From Candidatus Poribacteria bacterium (lineage in GTDB: Bacteria > Poribacteria > WGA-4E > WGA-3G): a stretch of 64,000 bases of DNA. Made by a program: the position numbers and the translations under genes. The notes under the pieces were generated by a model. That model was not told the DNA's origin, searched no databases, and saw only the letters and a list, made by a program, of their open reading frames with translations. The stretch covers positions 1 to 64,000 of the forward strand of contig CAXXUA010000015.1 in the NCBI GenBank assembly GCA_963663765.2, given 5' to 3'. Every line of letters begins with the position of its first letter. Position 1 is the stretch's first letter. Positions 20,950-30,316 of the stretch are shown in pieces.

Positions 20950-21948
20950 ATGCACAAGAGTGTAGTTGTAGTAGTCGCATTTTTCGTTCTGCTACTGATA
21001 ATTGGACCTTATTGTTATGCACAAGATATCCATGACGGTGCTGGTACTGCTGGAGCAGCTTTCCTAAAACTTGAACCAGGCACCAGACCTGTTGGCTTAG
21101 GCGGTGCATTCACGGGTCTTGCAAACGATATCAACACCATCTTTTGGAATCCTGCAGGTTTAACAACGGTTCATTCACGTGAATTCACGGCTATGCAACA
21201 CTTCTCATTTGTTGATATAAATAATCAATCAATAGGGTATGCACAGCGTGCAAATAAGTTTGTCTGGGGAGCAAGTTTCCTCGGAAGTTTCACGGAGATA
21301 GAACGTCGCATCGGTCCGTCTGAAACACCTGATAGCACTGTGACAGTAGGTGGTTTTTCTACGGGTTTATCCCTCGCATATCCACTCGGAACAACAGCAT
21401 CCATCGGTGGCACAGCGAAGTTTATTTCTCAGCAATTGGACATACAAAACGTATATGGCGCTGCAGCGGATTTCGGTTTCATCTTGCGATTACTTGACAA
21501 TCATCTGGGTATCGGTATGAGTATGCAAAATGCTGGTTTCTTCTTTGAAGATGCTGATCGGGATGAAAGTCTCCCTGACGAAAGTCTACCTATGGCATTT
21601 CGAGCGGGTCTTGCATACAGAACCTGGAAGGAAGTTGAAATGGAGGAAAATGTTGCTACACCTCAAGAGGTTTGGTCAATCGTAGCAGATGCACATTTCC
21701 CGCTTATTGACGCAGACCCCAGTTTTCATGTTGGCATTGAAAGATGGTTCTACGATATTATTGCAGCACGTGTTGGTTATCGTCTCGGATTAAATGATAA
21801 TCCAAGTGACGGATTGTCATTTGGAATTGGCGTTAGAAAGGATGGTTTGGACTCTTTAGCTAATATAGGTTTTCAATTTGATTATGCTTTTGTGCCCGAC
21901 GCAAATGTTGGTGATTCCCATCGTATATCAGTTATAACAAGATTTTAG
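20950..21948 (+). CDS. PorV/PorQ-like (UPF0164) outer-membrane beta-barrel
   Basis: Signal peptide, GAAFLKLEPGTRPVGLGGAF...IFWNPAGL, C-terminal DYAF...GDSHRISVITRF. Confidence 0.85.
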   Translation: MHKSVVVVVAFFVLLLIIGPYCYAQDIHDGAGTAGAAFLKLEPGTRPVGLGGAFTGLANDINTIFWNPAGLTTVHSREFTAMQHFSFVDINNQSIGYAQRANKFVWGASFLGSFTEIERRIGPSETPDSTVTVGGFSTGLSLAYPLGTTASIGGTAKFISQQLDIQNVYGAAADFGFILRLLDNHLGIGMSMQNAGFFFEDADRDESLPDESLPMAFRAGLAYRTWKEVEMEENVATPQEVWSIVADAHFPLIDADPSFHVGIERWFYDIIAARVGYRLGLNDNPSDGLSFGIGVRKDGLDSLANIGFQFDYAFVPDANVGDSHRISVITRF

Positions 21949-21962
21949 TACTTAAACTATCG

Positions 21963-22085
21963 CAGGACTTACGCACTTTTCTTGATTTAATAAAGAATTA
22001 TGAAGATAATGATGCAATTATCAACATTATTATGGGTTTCCAGCGGGCTTACAAAGCGCGCCTACCGTTGTGTGCGTAAGTCCTT
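21963..22085. mobile_element. MITE family B (TIR CAGGACTTACGCA)
   Basis: TIRs present; internal REP-like hairpin; flanks TATCG/TATTG. Confidence 0.75.
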
Positions 22086-22104
22086 TATTGTATTTATCTC
22101 CTTA

Positions 22105-22144
22105 AAGCCATAGGGCGTGATTTAAAAACCGCGCCCTATGGCTT
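22105..22144. terminator. Strong hairpin between convergent genes
   Basis: AAGCCATAGGGCG(T/C)G ... CGCGCCCTATGGCTT stem. Confidence 0.6.
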
Positions 22145-22183
22145 GCGTTGTATGTGAAAATCAAGTCTTCAAAGTCGCCCACT

Positions 22184-23323
22184 CTATACACTTGCTTCAA
22201 GCATCCGTTCTATCGGTAAACGTGCTCTGTCAATCACTTCTGGATCCAAAGTAACTTCATAATCTGTCAGATCATCACCGTTGTCAATAACTTCTAATAT
22301 GTCTGCAATCTTGTCAATTCGTACTTTTGCCATGTGTGAACATCGTACTGAACATGCAGTCCAAAATTGAACTTTTGGAAACTCTTGTGCTAAATTGGAG
22401 GTTAATTCACACTCGGATGCGATGAAGGCTCTTTCCAATTTGTCAACATCCACCCTGGCAGCGATATCTTTCATGATCTGACTTGTGCTACCGTAGTAAT
22501 CTGCTTCTTGAAGTACATCTGGACGACACTCCCAATGTGCGTATAATTTACGTGTTGGGTGATCTTTTGGGATTTCAAATGATTCACGTATTGCAAGCAG
22601 GTCAGACAGCGTGAATCTCTCATGAACTTCACAGACCGCGCCGCGAGCAGTGTTGTCTTTACCAGGATAAACTACATTTTTTTCACCCTTTAGTTCTTCT
22701 TCCAAGTTTTGTGCAAAGAAGATGTCTGGTACAAAAATGATTGTATCACCGGGCATGGTTTTGGCAATGTGTGCGGCGTTTGCTGAAGTACAACAGATAT
22801 CCGATTCTGCCTTAGCATCAGCATAACTGTTCACATATATCATAACGGGAGCACCAGGATATAGTTCCTTGAGTTTCCTGACATCTTCTGCACCGAAGTT
22901 ATCAGCAAGAGAACATCCTGCGGTTTTGTCTGCGACCAATACTGTCTTATCCGGACTGAGTATTTTTGCGGTCTCTGCCATGAACGGAACTCCGTTAAAA
23001 ATTAGGTAGTGTGCTTCCGTTTTCGCAGCAAACATACTCAACCCTAACGAATCTCCCTGTTCATCTTTTTCGGAGAGTCCAAATACCAACGGTTCCATAT
23101 AGTTGTGACCTAACATCACAACGTTATGTTTTTGCTTCAAAGTTCTTATCTTATGTATCGTTTTTGCGTGTACCTCTATGTCAAGGGATGTTAAACTCGG
23201 GTGGTGTCGATTATACAACTCATTTTTTACGTCATCAATGGTAAGATCCATGCTATAATTCAGTACATTTTCCGTTGGGGGTTCTGTTCCCGTAGGATGC
23301 ATGTTAATCACGCTCCAAGTCAT
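22184..23323 (-). CDS. nadA: Quinolinate synthase
   Basis: GHNY, GDSLGLS, GVxFMAETAKIL, AGCSLA, YVNS, CCTSANA, CEVHE, AHWEC and CSHM motifs. Confidence 0.93.
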   Translation of the reverse strand: MTWSVINMHPTGTEPPTENVLNYSMDLTIDDVKNELYNRHHPSLTSLDIEVHAKTIHKIRTLKQKHNVVMLGHNYMEPLVFGLSEKDEQGDSLGLSMFAAKTEAHYLIFNGVPFMAETAKILSPDKTVLVADKTAGCSLADNFGAEDVRKLKELYPGAPVMIYVNSYADAKAESDICCTSANAAHIAKTMPGDTIIFVPDIFFAQNLEEELKGEKNVVYPGKDNTARGAVCEVHERFTLSDLLAIRESFEIPKDHPTRKLYAHWECRPDVLQEADYYGSTSQIMKDIAARVDVDKLERAFIASECELTSNLAQEFPKVQFWTACSVRCSHMAKVRIDKIADILEVIDNGDDLTDYEVTLDPEVIDRARLPIERMLEASV

Positions 23324-23531
23324 CGCAAATCAAATATAAAGCATATCATTGTCAACGTTACTATATGTATATATCATACAATTGTAAACATTCAAACTAT
23401 CAGTCATTATTATTGTATTGATACAAGTTATATTTGATAGCGGGAATACTTTATTCTAAATAGGATACTTGTAAATCCCTTTTTTGTCAAGTTTAACGCA
23501 CAAAAAACTAACATTTTATCCAAATTATTGT

Positions 23532-24068
23532 ATGAATATCAAAAAATTGTTTGTTATTGTTCTAATTGTAGGGTTATTATGGAATATCAGTATGTCTGCG
23601 GAAGGCATATCAGTAAAACTTAGAGGGAAATTGACATTAGTTGGAATTCTATCTGGTGTTGCATTCTTAACCCATACACTTGTTAAACGAGATAAGCAAA
23701 CAACAGAAAAACTACAGTATCAATTGGGACGACCTGAACAAATAATTCAATTTGAACGTGGTTTTGACATTTGGAACTATCATTATTATCAGAAACACTA
23801 TTATATCTTTTATAATGATCGGTTCATAGGGAAAAAGGTGAGGGTAACCTTTTTCCCGATACTAACTCATGAGGTTCTAAATTATCACATAGAACCGAAT
23901 ATTACTTCAAACTGGAAAGTTCCTGTATTGAAATTTGCTAATAATAGGACTTTTTCAGTGAACCCCACGTTGTTGTCACCTTATCCTTTGCATCAACAGC
24001 TAAACCTTCAATCTGTATCTCTCGATCTTCATCTGTTGGGAGTCGGACGTTTGCTGCTGCAGCGTTAG
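23532..24068 (+). CDS. Hypothetical exported protein
   Basis: Signal-like N-terminus from ATG 23532; LGxPE...WxY motif; 3' end overlaps the convergent gene. Confidence 0.55.
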   Translation: MNIKKLFVIVLIVGLLWNISMSAEGISVKLRGKLTLVGILSGVAFLTHTLVKRDKQTTEKLQYQLGRPEQIIQFERGFDIWNYHYYQKHYYIFYNDRFIGKKVRVTFFPILTHEVLNYHIEPNITSNWKVPVLKFANNRTFSVNPTLLSPYPLHQQLNLQSVSLDLHLLGVGRLLLQR

Positions 24069-24615
24069 TTGCATCCGCATTTGAAGTTATAAAAATAGCA
24101 TCTAACTTGGTAGCATCTTCCCTACCTCCAATACGTAATACCGATTCGCCTGGACTATCAAACACCCATACTCGATCAAATGTTCCACCATTAAGCCAGT
24201 GATTGATGCGGTCCCAGTGCCACTCATTACCATGTACTACACTCCATCTGAATTGCGTATTTTGCGTTTGCTGTGGATTTTCGTTTGGATCTGCGGGTTG
24301 CCATGTAACCCAGAACGAATCACTATTTCCACCCCACGCTATCACACTACCCCATAATGAGTACGTTCCTGCTTCGGGAATCATTATAACAAATTCTACC
24401 CATCCTTGATGATCCCTTTCGCTACTGGCAGCTTCACCCTCCACCCAGACATATTTACCATCAGAAGCCGTTTCATCATCAGTAATTTCCATTGGCTCTT
24501 GTATTGTATTAGCAAATTCAGCTTCCAAAGCGATCTCAACATCAGCTTGTAATGCAAGTGTTGTTATAAATAAAACAATTAGAACAAGCATTGAAGATAT
24601 GTGTATAATTTTCAT
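23938..24615 (-). CDS. Secreted putative carbohydrate-binding beta-sandwich protein with TTWG C-terminal tail
   Basis: Signal peptide, LEAE, ASxGKYVW, REDxxKLD; ends AVDAKDKVTTTWGSLKK; paralog of 24723-25379. Confidence 0.8.
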   Translation of the reverse strand: MKIIHISSMLVLIVLFITTLALQADVEIALEAEFANTIQEPMEITDDETASDGKYVWVEGEAASSERDHQGWVEFVIMIPEAGTYSLWGSVIAWGGNSDSFWVTWQPADPNENPQQTQNTQFRWSVVHGNEWHWDRINHWLNGGTFDRVWVFDSPGESVLRIGGREDATKLDAIFITSNADATNAAAANVRLPTDEDREIQIEGLAVDAKDKVTTTWGSLKKSYY

Positions 24616-24722
24616 TAGAATTTCCTTTCAAATATAATATGTTCATTGTTGTTGTAGTGTATTTTAATTAACACGCCACAACAACGGTATTATTACAATT
24701 AGAGGATCTATAAAAGACATCA

Positions 24723-25379
24723 CTACCTTTGTGATTTGAGTTTACCCCATGTAACTGCAAGTTTTTCCTTAGGTTCAACAGGAGTTGCTAACTGGTCTTC
24801 GGGACCAGGGTTACGTGGATTGACTTCAGTTTCATCCTCCGATAGATTGTCGGTGATAAATATTACATCTAGTTTTGCTGCGTCCTCTCTGCCAGCAACC
24901 CGCAAAGTTGTTTCCCCAGCTGGTAATTCCCATTCCCTTTCAAAGGTGCCTCCATCTAACCAATGGTTTATTCGGTCCCAGTGCCACTCACTACCATGAA
25001 CTACACTCCATCTGAATTGTGTATTTTGCGTTTGCTGTGCATCTTCATCAGGGTCAGCAGGTTGCCATGTTACCCAGTATGAATCGCTATTTCCATCCCA
25101 AGCTATAACCTTTCCCCATAGCGCATACGTTCCTGCTTCAGGTAAGTTGATAACAAATTCTACCCATCCTTGATGATCTTTATCACTACTGGCAGCTTCA
25201 CCTGGTACCCAAACATACTTTCCATTAGAAGCAAGATCATCATCAGCTACTTCCATTGGAGCTTCAATTGTGTCAGCGTTCTCTGCTTCAAAGGCAAAAT
25301 CAAATGTGTAACTAATGCTGTTTAATAATAGTAAACCAGCTATTAAAAAGAAACTCAATACGAATAATTTGTTAAACAT
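24723..25379 (-). CDS. Secreted putative carbohydrate-binding beta-sandwich protein with TWG C-terminal tail
   Basis: Signal peptide, FEAE, ASNGKYVW; ends PVEPKEKLAVTWGKLK. Confidence 0.8.
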   Translation of the reverse strand: MFNKLFVLSFFLIAGLLLLNSISYTFDFAFEAENADTIEAPMEVADDDLASNGKYVWVPGEAASSDKDHQGWVEFVINLPEAGTYALWGKVIAWDGNSDSYWVTWQPADPDEDAQQTQNTQFRWSVVHGSEWHWDRINHWLDGGTFEREWELPAGETTLRVAGREDAAKLDVIFITDNLSEDETEVNPRNPGPEDQLATPVEPKEKLAVTWGKLKSQR

Positions 25380-25455
25380 GAAAACATCTCCTTTTACTTA
25401 AATAATTAATGTTGAATTGCGTTGTAATAATCGACTAATGTAATGGAACTAATAC

Positions 25456-26427
25456 TTATGGTATTTTTAGTTTACCCCACTGTGTAGTATATAAAAACAA
25501 AGGTTTTATTGGGTGAGCAGCGGAACTGCGCTGCCATTTCGGTTGTGCTGCCCAAGCGTTATTGTCTATTAATTCACGACGTTCAGTACCGTCAGCATTC
25601 ATTAGGTGGATAACCCATCTGGAATCTTGTTCATATTGAAAAGCAATCATGTTACCGTCTGGAGACCAAGCAGGAACCGCCTCATCAGTCGGTGTATTGG
25701 TTAATGCTGTTTTGTTACCTCCATCAAAAGCATTCATCACATAAAGGTCAAAATCTGCCACATTACCTGTTCTACGCATTGAGCCATAGACAATATGTCT
25801 TCCATCTGGAGACCAAGCAGGATAAGTGTCCATCAATGATTGTTGTGTCAAACGCTTTTCTTTAAGAGTGTTAACATTGATAATATAGATATCCCAATTA
25901 AACTTACGTTTTGAATGAAACACTAAAAACTTACCGTCGGGTGACCATGTTGGTACTTCATCTTCATATTCATTCGTAGTGATTCTTCCTATTTCGTTGT
26001 TTTCAAAATTGAATAGATAGAGATTGAAATGACCACTGCGATTAGAAGAAAAAGCCAATTGTTTTCCATCTGGTGACCACGATGGTGCTTTGTCTTGTGC
26101 AGGATGATGCGTTATTCTTGTCTGGTTAGAACCGTCAGCGTGCATCACATAGATTTCATGATTCTCATCGCGTCTTGAGAAAAAGACAATTTCTGTTCCG
26201 TCAGGAGACCATGTCGGATAGTAATCTGCTGAAGGATTGTTAGTGAGATTTACTATATTTTGTCCTAAGATATCAGTCAGAAATATTTCCCAATTCCCAT
26301 TAACATTAGAAGCGAAAGCGATTTTTGTTAATATTGGTGGTTCACAGAAAACCGTATCATTTGACCAATAAAAACATAAGGTCAACATAAATAGAAAACT
26401 ACATTGAAATGTTAGCAAAATTCGCAT
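25456..26427 (-). CDS. TolB-like beta-propeller (PD40 repeats) with TxWG C-terminal tail
   Basis: Five PxWSPDG repeats; ends YTTQWGKLKIP. Confidence 0.88.
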   Translation of the reverse strand: MRILLTFQCSFLFMLTLCFYWSNDTVFCEPPILTKIAFASNVNGNWEIFLTDILGQNIVNLTNNPSADYYPTWSPDGTEIVFFSRRDENHEIYVMHADGSNQTRITHHPAQDKAPSWSPDGKQLAFSSNRSGHFNLYLFNFENNEIGRITTNEYEDEVPTWSPDGKFLVFHSKRKFNWDIYIINVNTLKEKRLTQQSLMDTYPAWSPDGRHIVYGSMRRTGNVADFDLYVMNAFDGGNKTALTNTPTDEAVPAWSPDGNMIAFQYEQDSRWVIHLMNADGTERRELIDNNAWAAQPKWQRSSAAHPIKPLFLYTTQWGKLKIP

Positions 26428-26448
26428 TTTTTGTCAAATGTCTTGTAA

Positions 26449-26732
26449 CAGAACTTACGCACTAATTGGCTAGTGGGCTTTGTAAGCTCACCATAGGTGT
26501 TAATATAAGGGTATTGACCCTTTGTGGAAAGGGGTTTTCAACCGAGATCTTATTTTCATATTCTGTCAAATTGGGTTGAAAACCCCTCCCAGAATAAAAA
26601 AGACCATCACTATTTTATTATATAGACGCTAATGGGGCGCTTTGTAAACTCACTGGTAACCTAAAAAATGCAGAAAATTACATCATAATCGTCATAATTC
26701 TTGATTAAAACATGAAACCTGCGTAAGTCCTG
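26449..26732. mobile_element. MITE family B enlarged by an inserted REP-like doublet
   Basis: CAGAACTTACGCA ... TGCGTAAGTCCTG; internal AGGGGTTTTCAACC / GGTTGAAAACCCCT pair. Confidence 0.65.
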
Positions 26733-27023
26733 TGTGAATGAAGAGTGTGTAGAGTTTTTGGCATTTAGCGATCGCGTAAACACAGAATCGCAGATGCCTC
26801 CGATGATACGAATAAGACACAAACATGAGGACGTGTTGCAATGAATAAACGTCTTCTTAGGAAAATGATTGGATGCAGTTGTCTCCTCCGAGAAAGCAGT
26901 GTAATACGCTATTCCGTACACACAGAATCACAAATCAAATCCTACAAATAAATATAGTAAAATTCCTATGTAATGTCAAGAAATAAATAAAAGAAATTGA
27001 CATGCTCAGCAGTCTATTGTAAA

Positions 27024-28169
27024 ATGGCAAGTATGAATACAATAGAATTGACAAAAACCCTTATAGGGTACGATACTGTAAGTCCAAATAGTAATGTTGA
27101 GGTAATGGATTACCTTACAACGATATTGGAATCAATTGAATGTGATGTTGAACGTGTTGAATATACTGACTCCGCAGGTGTACTGAAAGTAAATCTAATA
27201 GGCAGAAAAGGAAAAGACAGTGCTGAGGGTGGACTTGCGTTGCTCGGACACATTGATACTGTTCCTGCTATCGGTTGGTCTGATGACCCGTTTGAAGCAA
27301 GGATTTTGAGTGGTAAGATGTATGGCCGTGGCAGCTGCGATATGAAAGGTAGTGTTGCGTGCATGATTGAAGTCTTATCCCGTTATCGTGCAAATGATTT
27401 ACAAGTTCCACTGTATATTGTTATCACAGCAGACGAAGAAGTGGGTTACTTCGGTGCGAGTACGGTTGTGAAGAACTCAGAGATGTTTGAACAATTCGGA
27501 TTTCCAAAATATGGTGTCGTTGGAGAACCCACCGAATTGAAAGCAGTATATGCTCACAAAGGAGCAGTCCGTTTTTCTGTCACTGCTTTTGGACATGCAG
27601 CGCATAGCAGCACTGGTGAAGGGGAAAATGCAAACCTAAAACTTATACCGTTTCTCTCAGAAATGCGTGAAATCCATCAAGAATTAACAACAAATAAACG
27701 GTACTTTAATTATGAATTTACCCCGCACTTTACCGATTGGAATATCACTATAAGTGATGGTGAGTGTACGGCGAACATTACAGCACCAAAGAGTGTATGT
27801 AATGTAAACTATCGTCCCATGCCAGGTGATGATTCACAAAAATGGATTGATCTTGCACGTAAATCAGCTGTAAGACATGGTTTGGAATTTCACCTTTTTA
27901 TCAATGCTGGTCCTGTACGAACGCAGCCTGATGCAGAAATCATTAGAGCAGCACTTGAAATAACCGGTGATTCAAAACCGCATACAGTTTCATATAGTAC
28001 CGATGCTGCTATCTTTTCAAATTACATGGAGACAGTGATAATTGGACCTGGTAGCATTCTTCAAGCACATACAGTCAATGAATGGATGGCATTAGACCAA
28101 TTTGAAAAGGGTGTTAAAGTATTCAGCCAGTTTGTTGATCGGTTCTGCGTTTCTCCAAACACACGTTGA
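27024..28169 (+). CDS. argE: M20 family metallopeptidase, acetylornithine deacetylase-like
   Basis: GHIDTVP, YGRGSCDMKG, ADEEVG, GEPT, AHSS, GPGSILQAH; exact start uncertain (27024 or 27033). Confidence 0.8.
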   Translation: MASMNTIELTKTLIGYDTVSPNSNVEVMDYLTTILESIECDVERVEYTDSAGVLKVNLIGRKGKDSAEGGLALLGHIDTVPAIGWSDDPFEARILSGKMYGRGSCDMKGSVACMIEVLSRYRANDLQVPLYIVITADEEVGYFGASTVVKNSEMFEQFGFPKYGVVGEPTELKAVYAHKGAVRFSVTAFGHAAHSSTGEGENANLKLIPFLSEMREIHQELTTNKRYFNYEFTPHFTDWNITISDGECTANITAPKSVCNVNYRPMPGDDSQKWIDLARKSAVRHGLEFHLFINAGPVRTQPDAEIIRAALEITGDSKPHTVSYSTDAAIFSNYMETVIIGPGSILQAHTVNEWMALDQFEKGVKVFSQFVDRFCVSPNTR

Positions 28170-28280
28170 TTAGTAGTAAGTATAATTGTCAGGACTTGCG
28201 CATCCAACGGTAGTCTTGTTTTGATGATTGTTATTTTTTATTCGGTAATCTATAAAATCGTTTAGACACTTTTATATATA

Positions 28281-28546
28281 ATACCATTTTCATGTGATAA
28301 TGTCTCATTAGCAGTGGAAATCTGGTAGGATGGACCTCCCGGTCGCGACCATGAGGTTGCTCCTACCGAAGAGAGTAACCCCCTGCCAGTAAACAGTAGA
28401 ATTCCTTAATGAGACAAGATTTAGCGGAAATCTGGTAGGATGGACCTCCCGGTCGCGACCATGAGGTTGCTCCTACCGAAGAGAGTAACCCCCTGCCAGT
28501 AAACAGTAGAATTCCTTAATTAGACAAGATTTATTTGAATTGGTAT
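28281..28546 (-). repeat. Dispersed, inverted relative of the 124-bp array unit, with an internal duplication
   Basis: ATACCATTTTCATGTGATAATGTCTCATTA ... AGACAAGATTTATTTGAATTGGTAT is the reverse complement of the array unit ends; the REP-containing core occurs twice. Confidence 0.85.
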
Positions 28547-28666
28547 AAGTTGATAAACCTAATCATGATACAATGGAGTAAAACGGAAGTCCTCAAGAAA
28601 CAGATAGACTCTATCCAAACTATAGTATCATTAGAACAAACATATATTAAACACAGAGGTGCTCTC

Positions 28667-29560
28667 ATGCTAAAAAACAAAAAAAGAATTGCTATTGTCT
28701 TAGCATATTGTATATTACTTGGTGCTTTTTTGGTTTCACGATATACTCTTGGATTTTCGAAATCCCTTGCTAATGCCTTCCCCGCCGGCGTTCCTTTTGC
28801 AAGTTATCAAAAGTTCCACGTTATTGTCCATGACTTAGATGAAATGGAGGATTTAAGAATTGAATGTAAGAGACAATTGGGTAAGGGTATGCGTTTAGCA
28901 GATTGGAATGATATTGTAGCATTTTATGAATCAGGTGGATCCTTAGATGAATTTATCTCAAACTTGGAGATGAAACTTAGAACTCCTTGGCTTGTATCCA
29001 AAAATATAATAGGTGAACCTTCAAATGAATTGGATCCATCTCAAAGTAATGATTCTGTAACTGAAACAGATCCTCGTAAGTTTGATTATAGAATAACCAT
29101 GGATGGTAACTTAAGATGGCAAGGTAATCGTCATTATTTTGTTGAAAGACACGACCACGTTAAACGCCCTGGTTTCTTAGATCATGACGACATCAACAAT
29201 CAACAATTAACTCTGGGTTCGTGGCATGGAAAAGGTGGTTATGCCCTCTGTTATGGAAATCTAATTAGTATACCGCAACCGTTTAGTAAAACGTTGAGAG
29301 TCATTACACCTATAGTTGTTTACTTATTTGTGGGATGTCTTCTTCTGTGTTCGGTGCTGGGAGCAATGCATGTTCTCAGTTTGCCTGGGTGGTTAATTGG
29401 TAGTAATGTAGATGCAATTCTACTGACGATTCAAAAGAAAGAGAATGAAATCAGGAAATTACGTAAATATGAAGAAAAGGTAGGTCGGAAAATAGAAGAA
29501 GAAAAGGTTGAATTAAATACGGATACCGATGATTTGAATGGTAATAATGTAGAACAATAA
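28667..29560 (+). CDS. Hypothetical membrane protein with a soluble middle domain and a coiled-coil tail
   Basis: ATG 28667 after GAGGT RBS; N-terminal and C-terminal TM segments. Confidence 0.7.
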   Translation: MLKNKKRIAIVLAYCILLGAFLVSRYTLGFSKSLANAFPAGVPFASYQKFHVIVHDLDEMEDLRIECKRQLGKGMRLADWNDIVAFYESGGSLDEFISNLEMKLRTPWLVSKNIIGEPSNELDPSQSNDSVTETDPRKFDYRITMDGNLRWQGNRHYFVERHDHVKRPGFLDHDDINNQQLTLGSWHGKGGYALCYGNLISIPQPFSKTLRVITPIVVYLFVGCLLLCSVLGAMHVLSLPGWLIGSNVDAILLTIQKKENEIRKLRKYEEKVGRKIEEEKVELNTDTDDLNGNNVEQ

Positions 29561-29627
29561 GAATCCATTTAGAAAATATTAACATCAATCAACATAGAAT
29601 AAAACTACATATAACTGCATCCTTATG

Positions 29628-30095
29628 TTAATTGTTATCTTTCAATATAAGCGGCGGACGATTGAAATATGCGCGTATAGAATTTGCTGCAGCAGAAACA
29701 GCTGGTATGCGGATAATTCTGCGTGCCAATCGTTTTTTTCCGGGGAAATCGCTTATAATTAATCCTGATAATATCGTCAATAATCCTTGTCCTGGTATTC
29801 CTGGTACCGCGAGTAGTGCCCCTAAAATTATCAGTATAGCTCCAACAAAATTCTTTATTACTAATAGCAAGATTCGCAATACTATGTTCTTTATGGGACG
29901 AACTTTTTTTGTTATATCAAAATAATCAGGTGGTAGATATGTAATCAAAACACCACAACCAACAACGCTCAATACTAAACTTGTTCCAGAAAGAATTCCA
30001 ACAAATAACCAGTGTTTTGCCAAAAACTGTATAATGACAAGAGACCACCCGCTGAGCAACTCCCAACAACTTTTCAATCCATCTATTAACCACAA
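29628..30095 (-). CDS. PGPGW-like small membrane protein
   Basis: LPPDYF and VPGIPGQGLLTILSGL..DFPGK motifs. Confidence 0.75.
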   Translation of the reverse strand: MWLIDGLKSCWELLSGWSLVIIQFLAKHWLFVGILSGTSLVLSVVGCGVLITYLPPDYFDITKKVRPIKNIVLRILLLVIKNFVGAILIILGALLAVPGIPGQGLLTILSGLIISDFPGKKRLARRIIRIPAVSAAANSIRAYFNRPPLILKDNN

Positions 30096-30316
30096 AACAG
30101 AACTACCCCCATTGTAGCTTAAACAGAAACTCCAATTTCAACAACCATTTTGCACAACCTACCACCCCCGATTTTATTATATCATAATTAGTTGTTTTGT
30201 AAAGCAATTATTAAAGAGTGAGTATAATTGGGGGTGTTAAGTTTTTCAACCTTGACAAAATTGCTTTGCTATAGTACAGTATCACAATTCCTGATATTGT
30301 AATTTTGGAGGAGAAG

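Noticed and set aside
23938-24068. 131-bp convergent gene overlap as a functional feature
   Set aside because: Most simply a lost stop codon extending a weakly supported hypothetical ORF
23938-25379. Diversity-generating retroelement template/variable repeat pair
   Set aside because: Both copies are intact genes, the differences are not adenine-specific by eye, and no reverse transcriptase is in the window
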